Shown here: in pieces, positions 57,528 to 64,000 of the stretch | Position numbering within the stretch: position 1 is the first letter of the stretch | How the letters are laid out: each line of letters opens with the position of its first letter | Made by a program: the position numbers and the translations under genes | Origin: an uncultured bacterium | Lineage (GTDB): Bacteria; Acidobacteriota; Thermoanaerobaculia; Multivoradales; JAHZIX01 | Length of the DNA: 64,000 bases | Assembly (NCBI GenBank): GCA_965368975.1 | Contig: CBDUPA010000001.1 | Coordinates: forward strand, 768,001-832,000 | Reading direction: 5' to 3' | Notes under the pieces: model-generated | Database searches by the model: none | What the model was told of the DNA's origin: nothing | Seen by the model: only the letters and a program-made list of their open reading frames with translations

Positions 57528-59483
57528 ATGTCTGAACAGCCCACGTTTGAACAACGAACTCCAGTCCTGTCCAAGGACTCGTCGCTGGAGCCCAGCTGGC
57601 AAGAGTGTGTCGAGCTGCTCGAACAGCTGCCGTCGATGCCGCTGTCTGATCGGCTGACTGCGATCGAACGCCTGCTGCGCAACTCCAGTCCCGGCATCCG
57701 TGGTCGCGCCCTGCGTATGGGGTCGGCCTTGCTGCCGGAGTCGACGCTGGTGACCTACCTGCGCAACGATGCCGATGGTGTCTTGCGCAACGCTGGCCTC
57801 GAGATGCTCAAGATGCGCGGGCTGCAGTCCTTCTCGTTGTCGGTGTCGCTGCTGCGCGATCCGGATTACGATGTGGCCCTGCAGGCCGTCTTGCTGCTCG
57901 ACCATTTCAAGGACCCGCGTGCCTTGGAGTCGCTGCGCGCTCAGCTACGGCACGAAGACCCGAACGTGGTGCAGGCTGCGATCATGGCCATCGGTCACCT
58001 CGGCGACGCGCGGGCCATCCCCGATCTCCTACCCTTCCTGGAAGCCGAGACGTGGGTGCAAGCGGCCTCGGTCGAAGCGCTCGGCGACATCCGTTCGCCG
58101 GTCGCCGTGGTGCCACTGTCGCGTCTGCTCACCGACCTCATGGTGGGGCCGCTGGCGGCGGAGGCACTGGCCCGCATCGGTGGCGCGCGTGCCTTCCGCA
58201 GCCTGGCGACCCACTGGTTGCGTTTCGAGAAGGAACTCGACACCGAAACCTCGCTCGGCTTGCTGGCTCACGTACTCGAAGGTCTACCGCGCTTCCCGGC
58301 GCCCGTCGACGGGCTGCGTGCGTCGTTGGCGCACCACTTGGAGCACGAACAGCCGCGCATTCAGCTCGCTGCTGCTCGCTGTCTCCTGTCGCTCGGCCCA
58401 GGTTCCGAAGATTACGAGGCTCTGGACCTGGTGGCGCAGGCACGCCAGGACTCGACCTTGTTGCCGGCTTGCCTGACCGAGCGTCGCGACCTCATCGGAC
58501 GGTTGCTGGAGAGTGATCCGCCGATGCGCGATTGGGGCTTCCAGTTGACCTCGCGGTTTCCACGCTCGGCGCCAATCGAGCAGGTACTCGAAGCTCTCAG
58601 TGGCCTGGCGCCGACTGATACCCTGCACTCCGTGATCCGCGCGCTGCAGAAAGTACGCGGTACCGATCTGGCCGAAGGCTTGCTCGACTTCTATCTCACG
58701 CTGCCGGCCGAACGACGTCCGCTCCTGGTACCCGTCTTGGTGGCGCACAAGTCGCGCATGAGGCGGGCTCTCAAGTCGCGTCCAGACGTCAGTGAGCAGG
58801 CGGAGCTGGTCCTGTCCGCGCAGCTCGGGGAAGATACGGATGTCGTGATCGAACGCATCGAAGCGCTCGACGACGACGGACGCGTCCGCGTCCTGACGCA
58901 GCTGTTGGATCGCGAGGCCGTGCTGCGCCGCTTGCCCTGGAGCCGCTGGTTGCACGAACGACCCGAGGTCTATCGCGAGCTCGCGGCCCACGTGGCTGTC
59001 GAGGCCAATCTGGTCGAGTTGTTGCCCACGCTGCGCGATCAGCTGCAGCGCTCACCGAGCCCGGATCTCGTACGTGCCATGGGGGATCTCGAGGATCGGC
59101 AGAGCGTCGACCTGCTGGTCGACCTGTTGGAGAACGCCGACAGCGAGATCTACGAGCCCGTGGTCATGGAGAGCCTGGGCCGCATCGGTGGCCCCGAGGC
59201 TCGTGGAGCCTTGCGCCGGGCCGTCGAGCGCTGCGACGAAGAGGGGCCGCGAGCGCGCATGGCCTATCGTGCGTTGTCCAAGTGTGCCGAAGAAGAGGAC
59301 GAGCAGGTCTTCCGCCAAGCCGTCGGTCATGCGGACTGGAATGTACGGCTCTCCTGTGCCGAGGTCATGGGGCGCTTCCCGCGGCCGGAGAACCTCTCGG
59401 CGCTGGCCCAGCTGGCCGCCGACCCAATCCCGATCGTGGCGCACCGGGCCATGTCCTTCATCGAGCCGCACCATTCGCCTTGA
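57528..59483 (+). CDS. HEAT-repeat protein, paralog of the C-terminal part of 51985-54453
   Basis: Shares EPSWQEC, RNSSPGIR, YLRNDADGVLRNAGLEMLKMRG and LAQLAADP. Confidence 0.88.
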   Translation: MSEQPTFEQRTPVLSKDSSLEPSWQECVELLEQLPSMPLSDRLTAIERLLRNSSPGIRGRALRMGSALLPESTLVTYLRNDADGVLRNAGLEMLKMRGLQSFSLSVSLLRDPDYDVALQAVLLLDHFKDPRALESLRAQLRHEDPNVVQAAIMAIGHLGDARAIPDLLPFLEAETWVQAASVEALGDIRSPVAVVPLSRLLTDLMVGPLAAEALARIGGARAFRSLATHWLRFEKELDTETSLGLLAHVLEGLPRFPAPVDGLRASLAHHLEHEQPRIQLAAARCLLSLGPGSEDYEALDLVAQARQDSTLLPACLTERRDLIGRLLESDPPMRDWGFQLTSRFPRSAPIEQVLEALSGLAPTDTLHSVIRALQKVRGTDLAEGLLDFYLTLPAERRPLLVPVLVAHKSRMRRALKSRPDVSEQAELVLSAQLGEDTDVVIERIEALDDDGRVRVLTQLLDREAVLRRLPWSRWLHERPEVYRELAAHVAVEANLVELLPTLRDQLQRSPSPDLVRAMGDLEDRQSVDLLVDLLENADSEIYEPVVMESLGRIGGPEARGALRRAVERCDEEGPRARMAYRALSKCAEEEDEQVFRQAVGHADWNVRLSCAEVMGRFPRPENLSALAQLAADPIPIVAHRAMSFIEPHHSP

Positions 59484-59621
59484 GCCCGCTGATCGCGCGC
59501 TGCCGCGGTCGCCGGCATCCTGATAGCATGCGGGCGTTGCGTTGACATTTCTGTGCTGATCAGCCGAGCCGGAAGCAGCTCTCGATCCGGGAGGGGCGGG
59601 CTCGAAGGAGGAGAAGATCCC

Positions 59622-62084
59622 ATGTCCGATACCCCGTCCGCAGAAGCATCCCCTGGCGCCTCGCAGGCATCCGCGTCGCCTGCCGCCGTCGCCAAGGGCC
59701 AGCGACTGGCCATGGCTCTGGTCGCCTTGCTCGTCGTCCTGTTGGTGGCGTATTCCGGCCTCGGCCTGATGGACGCCGCCCAGCCCGTGCCGGCTGACGC
59801 CCCAGAAGGCGCCTTTTCCGCCGAGCGAGCTCTGACCCATGTTCGCGCCCTGGGCACCGAGCCGCGACCGCTCGGTACCGCCGCCCACGCGCGAGCCGCC
59901 GACTATCTGCAAGACCACCTGCGGCAGCTGGGTGTCGAGCCGCAAGTGCAGGAAACAACCCTGCTGGCGGCCCTGCCTTACCGTTTGCCCATGGCCGCCA
60001 GCGTGCGCAATGTCCTGGCTCGGTTGCCGGGCAGCGTGCCGGGCGGGCCGGCGATCCTGGCCGTAGCGCACTATGATTCGGTGCACATGGCGCCCGGTGC
60101 CGCCGACGACCTGGCCGGGGTCGCAGCCATGCTCGAGACCTTGCGTGCCTTGCAGAGCGGTGATCCTCTCAGCCACGACATCATCTTCCTGTTCAGCGAC
60201 GCTGAAGAAGTTGGCTTGCTCGGCGCACGGGCCTTCGTCGACCAGCACCCCTGGGCTGAGGACGTCAGAGTCATTCTCAACTTCGAGGCGCGTGGCACCA
60301 GCGGCGCCTCGGTCATGTTCCGCACCAACGATGGCAATGGCTGGATCGTCCGGCAGATGGCTGCGGCAGCTGCGCCGGTGGCCAGCTCGCTATCCCACGA
60401 CGTCTTCAAGTTGATGCCCAATGACACCGACTTCTCGCAGCTGCGACGTCTCGATGCGGTGGGTATGGATTTCGCGTTCATCCGCGGCTTGCCGCACTAC
60501 CACACCGCGCTCGACAACCTCGATAACCTGGACGCCGGCAGCGTGCAGCAGCACGGCGATGCCCTGCTGTCGATGTTGCGCCGCCTCAACGGCCAGTCTC
60601 TCGATCCCTTGCCCGCCAGCGGCGATGTGTCGTACTTCAACTTCCCGGGACTGGGCCTGGTCGTGTACTCGGTCGGCCTGGTGTTGCCATTCGCCGTCCT
60701 GCTCCTCGTCGCCTGGAGCCTCGTCCTCGTCATGGCCAGGCGCCGTGGCCGGGTCCGGGTCAAAGCTGTCCTGGGCGGTGCTCTTGGCTTCTTGCTCAGC
60801 GTGGTCGTCTCGGTCGTCGTGCTGGTCGTCGTGATGCAACAGTTCCTGCGTCTGGACGCCCGCTTCGCCTGGATGAACAATGGCGTTTCCTACGACGGGG
60901 AAGCCTACATCTGGGGCTTGATCGCTCTCGGGTTGGCGGTCATCGGTTCTCTCACCTTGGGCCTGATGCGCATGGTCGGTGCTCTGGCCGCCAGCCTCGG
61001 TGCTCTGCTGGTGTGGACGATCTGCGCACTGCTGACGTCCATTCTGTTGCCCGGCGCCAGTTACCTCTTCCTGTGGCCGGCCTTCGCCGTGCTCATCGGT
61101 ATCGCGCTGATGCTGCGCTGGCCTGAAGGACCCAGCTGGCGCAACACAGGCGTCATCATCGTGGCTCTGTGCCCAGCGATGCTGATTGTGCCGACCATCG
61201 CCTTCATGATCATGGAAGGCCTCGGTCTGCCGTTGGTGCCTATGCTGTGCCTGCTGATCCTGCTGCTCGCTGGCCTCGCCGTCCAGTTGCTCGACCTGTT
61301 CCCGCCGAAGCTAGTGTGGGCGTTGCCCGCTCTCGCCCTGGTCCTAGGCCTTGTGCAGCTGATCCCCAACATCGGTAAGGGCTTCAGCGCCGAAGAGCCG
61401 CGTCCCAACATGCTGCTCTATGCCCTTGACGCCGATGCCGGCAACGCTCGCTGGGCCAGTCTAGATCCGGCCGTCAGCGAGTGGAACGAGCCCTACCTCG
61501 GCCAACCCGAGGGACGGCAGCAACTCACCGACATGCTGCCCTTCCTGTTCGAGTTCATGCAGGCCGAGGCCCCTGTCTTAGATCTGCAACCGCCGCAGGC
61601 CCGTCTGCTGCTCGCTGATGAAGACCAGGAGGAAGGTGCCACGGAGACGGAAGCTGAGGCCGCGGACACGGAGCCCACAGACGTCGACGCGATCGAAGGC
61701 GAGGTGACCGAGCCAGCTACCGACGAGCACATCGTGCGGGCCGAACTGGTCTCTCCGCGCGGTGGCAGCCGGTACTTCATCGGCTTTGAGAGCCTGGCCC
61801 AGGTCGTCGCCGTGCGCATCGGGGAGCAGCGCTTCGAGTTCCCGTCACCGCGTGGTGGTGGGGGAGACTTCAGCTGGTTGATGGAGGCCTTCGGCACACT
61901 GTCCGAGCCGTTGGTCCTCGAGCTGGAACTCACCGACCGCCATCCCGTCGACCTGGTCGTCGTCGATCTCAGCTACGGACTGCCCGAGGAAGTTGCCACC
62001 CGTCCCGCGGACACCATGCCGCGGCCGCACCTGCCGTTCATCGACACCACCCTGGTGCGGGCGCGCTACTTGTTGGCGCCCTGA
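59622..62084 (+). CDS. Multi-pass membrane M28 family peptidase (ERMP1-like)
   Basis: AHYDS, GAADD, AEEVGLLGA, NFEARG, NDTDF and YHT..D, followed by ~8 TM helices. Confidence 0.92.
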   Translation: MSDTPSAEASPGASQASASPAAVAKGQRLAMALVALLVVLLVAYSGLGLMDAAQPVPADAPEGAFSAERALTHVRALGTEPRPLGTAAHARAADYLQDHLRQLGVEPQVQETTLLAALPYRLPMAASVRNVLARLPGSVPGGPAILAVAHYDSVHMAPGAADDLAGVAAMLETLRALQSGDPLSHDIIFLFSDAEEVGLLGARAFVDQHPWAEDVRVILNFEARGTSGASVMFRTNDGNGWIVRQMAAAAAPVASSLSHDVFKLMPNDTDFSQLRRLDAVGMDFAFIRGLPHYHTALDNLDNLDAGSVQQHGDALLSMLRRLNGQSLDPLPASGDVSYFNFPGLGLVVYSVGLVLPFAVLLLVAWSLVLVMARRRGRVRVKAVLGGALGFLLSVVVSVVVLVVVMQQFLRLDARFAWMNNGVSYDGEAYIWGLIALGLAVIGSLTLGLMRMVGALAASLGALLVWTICALLTSILLPGASYLFLWPAFAVLIGIALMLRWPEGPSWRNTGVIIVALCPAMLIVPTIAFMIMEGLGLPLVPMLCLLILLLAGLAVQLLDLFPPKLVWALPALALVLGLVQLIPNIGKGFSAEEPRPNMLLYALDADAGNARWASLDPAVSEWNEPYLGQPEGRQQLTDMLPFLFEFMQAEAPVLDLQPPQARLLLADEDQEEGATETEAEAADTEPTDVDAIEGEVTEPATDEHIVRAELVSPRGGSRYFIGFESLAQVVAVRIGEQRFEFPSPRGGGGDFSWLMEAFGTLSEPLVLELELTDRHPVDLVVVDLSYGLPEEVATRPADTMPRPHLPFIDTTLVRARYLLAP

Positions 62085-62116
62085 AGCGGGCGCCTGAGTC
62101 GGGGTAGCCCGGGACC

Positions 62117-63058
62117 ATGGACCCTATCGGCGCGGGAGAAGCCGCCTGCCTGGCGGCATCTCTCGGTTGGGCCTTGTCGCTCGCATGGTTTCGTGCCCCT
62201 GTGCAGCAGTTCGGTGCCTGGGCGGCCAATGTGGGGAAGAACGTGCTCGGCACGTTCTTCCTCGGGTTGACCGTTCTGGCCTTCGGTTTCACGAGTTCCC
62301 TGGCCAGCGCGCCGCCACGCGCTCTGCTCCTGGTCGCCGCCTCCGGCATCCTCGGCCTCGCGCTCGGTGATACCGCCCTTTTCGCTGCCCTTGCTCGGCT
62401 CGGCCTGCACCGCACACTGCTACTGCAGAGCCTGTCCCCTGTGTTCGCTGGCGCCCTGGCCATGGGGGTCTATGGTGAGCGGCTGACGTTGGTCCAGTTG
62501 CTCGGTGCTCTGACTATCCTCATCGGCATCGTCGCCGTCGTCAGTGAACGCACCGCGCCTCCGCGTCGACAAGGTGGAGTGGCATCCGGCACAGCCACCC
62601 GAGTTACTCATTTGCCCCGCAGAGCTCTGTTCTACGGTGTCTTCTTCGGCATTCTCTCCGCTTTCGGCCAGGGTGCCGGCCTGGTTCTCGCCAAAGATGG
62701 TATGCGGGACCTTCCCTTCCTTCCTGCCAGCTTCGTCCGCCTCGGAGCCGCCGTCCTCGTCTTGACCCTCCTGCTTCCCCTGGTGGGACGTGGTCATGTC
62801 CTCCGGCAGCTGGTCTCCCAACCAGAGCTCTGGCGCCGCCTCAGCGCTCCCACGTTCGTGGGCGGCTATCTCTGCATCCTCCTCATGATGGCCGGCATCG
62901 CCTGGGCCCCAGCCTCCATCGCTGCCGTTCTCCTGGCCACCCCGCCCGTCTGGGCCCTCTTTCTCGATGCCTGGATCGAAAGGCGTCCCGTCACTGTCCG
63001 AGGCCTCTCCGGCACTATCCTGACGGTCATCGGTATCGCTGTTCTGACGACATCTTGA
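62117..63058 (+). CDS. DMT/EamA family transporter
   Basis: About 10 TM helices in two repeats; SGILGLALGD motif. Confidence 0.88.
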   Translation: MDPIGAGEAACLAASLGWALSLAWFRAPVQQFGAWAANVGKNVLGTFFLGLTVLAFGFTSSLASAPPRALLLVAASGILGLALGDTALFAALARLGLHRTLLLQSLSPVFAGALAMGVYGERLTLVQLLGALTILIGIVAVVSERTAPPRRQGGVASGTATRVTHLPRRALFYGVFFGILSAFGQGAGLVLAKDGMRDLPFLPASFVRLGAAVLVLTLLLPLVGRGHVLRQLVSQPELWRRLSAPTFVGGYLCILLMMAGIAWAPASIAAVLLATPPVWALFLDAWIERRPVTVRGLSGTILTVIGIAVLTTS

Positions 63059-63060
63059 GG

Positions 63061-63069
63061 TGCTAGAAT
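63061..63069 (+). promoter_or_regulatory. Extended -10 promoter for tRNA-Leu
   Basis: TG-C-TAGAAT ending 18 nt upstream of the tRNA. Confidence 0.5.
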
Positions 63070-63087
63070 CCTTCCGCTGACGCAAAT

Positions 63088-63171
63088 GCCGGAGTGGCGA
63101 AACTGGTAAACGCAGGGGACTTAAAATCCTCCGAGCTAACCCTCTTGCGGGTTCGAGTCCCGCCTCCGGCA
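63088..63171 (+). tRNA. tRNA-Leu (anticodon TAA); CCA not encoded
   Basis: Acceptor stem GCCGGAG/CTCCGGC plus discriminator A; anticodon arm GGGGA-CTTAAAA-TCCTC; long variable arm; T arm GCGGG-TTCGAGT-CCCGC. Confidence 0.96.
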
Positions 63172-63201
63172 CTTCGCTGGCTCCGCGGTTTCAGGGTTCC
63201 T

Positions 63202-64000
63202 TCAGCCCCCCGCCGCGTCCCTGCCGCCTTCCATTCCCTCGACGCCTTCTGGGCGCAGCAGTAGATGCCCGTCGTTGGGCTGGTAGCGGCCCAGTTCCTT
63301 GAAGCGCTCGATCGCGTCTTCACCGTTGAACTCGACGGACAACTCCATGCGCTTGTCGTGGAAGTAAAGCGGCGAGCTACCGTCTTCTCGTGAGATCACG
63401 GAGGTGTGGAAGTTCCACAATTCCGGGTTCTGGGTCACCGGGAAGGCCAGGTGCTTCTGGAAGCGCACCCAGTCGACGCTGCCGGGGATCAGGATCTCGT
63501 TGAAGAAGCTGTACCAGGTGTAGGAGTGAGGTGTGCCGTTCTTCTGCAGGTTGAGCGAGTTGATCTCGTGCTTGATTTCGAGGCAACGCTCGCGCGTGAT
63601 GTGGAAGGTCTCCTCGGTGTCGGAGGGCACGCCGACGATGATGCCGAAGTAGACGGCGGGCACTCCGGCCTGGACGATTTCGCGGATCAAATCTAGTTCG
63701 ATGTGGAAGGGCCGCAGCTTGTGCAGCTTCTTCATGTCCTTGTCGTCGAGCTTCTCGAGGGGCACGTAGATGCGGAAGCAGCCGACCCACTCGCCGCCTT
63801 CGCCCCCATTGTTGTAGAACATGGCGTTGAACAGCTCGCGGTTCACCTTGCCTCTGGTCTCGTCCCACAGCATGCCGATCTGGATTCCGCCGTCGAATTC
63901 CCAGGCCATGCGCAGTTCACGCATGATCTGGAAGATCTCGATGATCTCCTGCGTGCCGCCTTCTGGGTCGAGCGCCACGCGGCTGAGCAAGTTGTCCTCG
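63202..64000 (-). CDS. Radical SAM protein (B12-binding-type TIM barrel C-terminus), 3' part only
   Basis: The frame stays open to the window end (EDNLL...). GC.RI...LE, IIVGVPSDTEE and IPGS motifs. The CxxxCxxC motif lies outside the window. Confidence 0.65.
   Translation of the reverse strand, partial: EDNLLSRVALDPEGGTQEIIEIFQIMRELRMAWEFDGGIQIGMLWDETRGKVNRELFNAMFYNNGGEGGEWVGCFRIYVPLEKLDDKDMKKLHKLRPFHIELDLIREIVQAGVPAVYFGIIVGVPSDTEETFHITRERCLEIKHEINSLNLQKNGTPHSYTWYSFFNEILIPGSVDWVRFQKHLAFPVTQNPELWNFHTSVISREDGSSPLYFHDKRMELSVEFNGEDAIERFKELGRYQPNDGHLLLRPEGVEGMEGGRDAAGG

Noticed and set aside
63088-63171. bldA-like control by tRNA-Leu(UAA)
   Set aside because: In-frame TTA codons occur in unrelated genes (5761, 6625, 39032, 45111, 51392), so there is no sign of restriction to one regulon.

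Overview
GC-rich bacterial chromosomal window. By inference it comes from Acidobacteriota, probably Thermoanaerobaculia: it has Hanks kinase-TPR paralogs, FG-GAP/ASPIC proteins, sulfatase-like-TPR proteins, a C-terminal IFxDGFESG tail and a GYFWFF...VKVLDGC C-terminal domain. About 47 CDS and one tRNA-Leu(TAA) are supported; no rRNA, CRISPR array, transposase or integrase was seen. Main blocks: (1) four Ser/Thr kinase genes, one of them partial; (2) a nine-gene, fully overlapping operon (5491-14845) joining NDP-heptose synthesis (hldE, gmhB, gmhA; no hldD) to an FAD oxidoreductase, a class III aminotransferase, an IMPase, a P-loop kinase, a divergent nucleotidyltransferase-like protein and a Cys-rich GT9, which is a candidate pathway for an amino- or otherwise modified heptose; (3) a five-gene operon of unknown envelope proteins bracketed by paralogous TPR proteins; (4) ycf45-like ATPase and rsgA; (5) an SDR-hemE-hemY-sulfatase-metzincin-hydrolase-glutamate synthase-like run; (6) vapBC with a leaderless-type promoter; (7) an unannotated ~175-nt structured sRNA candidate on the minus strand (43960-44133); (8) a chemosensory cluster with no chemoreceptor and two paralogous HEAT-repeat proteins, one fused to CheW, divergent from a cheY-kinase-small protein unit; (9) M28 peptidase, DMT transporter, tRNA-Leu and a partial radical SAM gene. 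All product calls come from reading motifs by eye. No database search was run.
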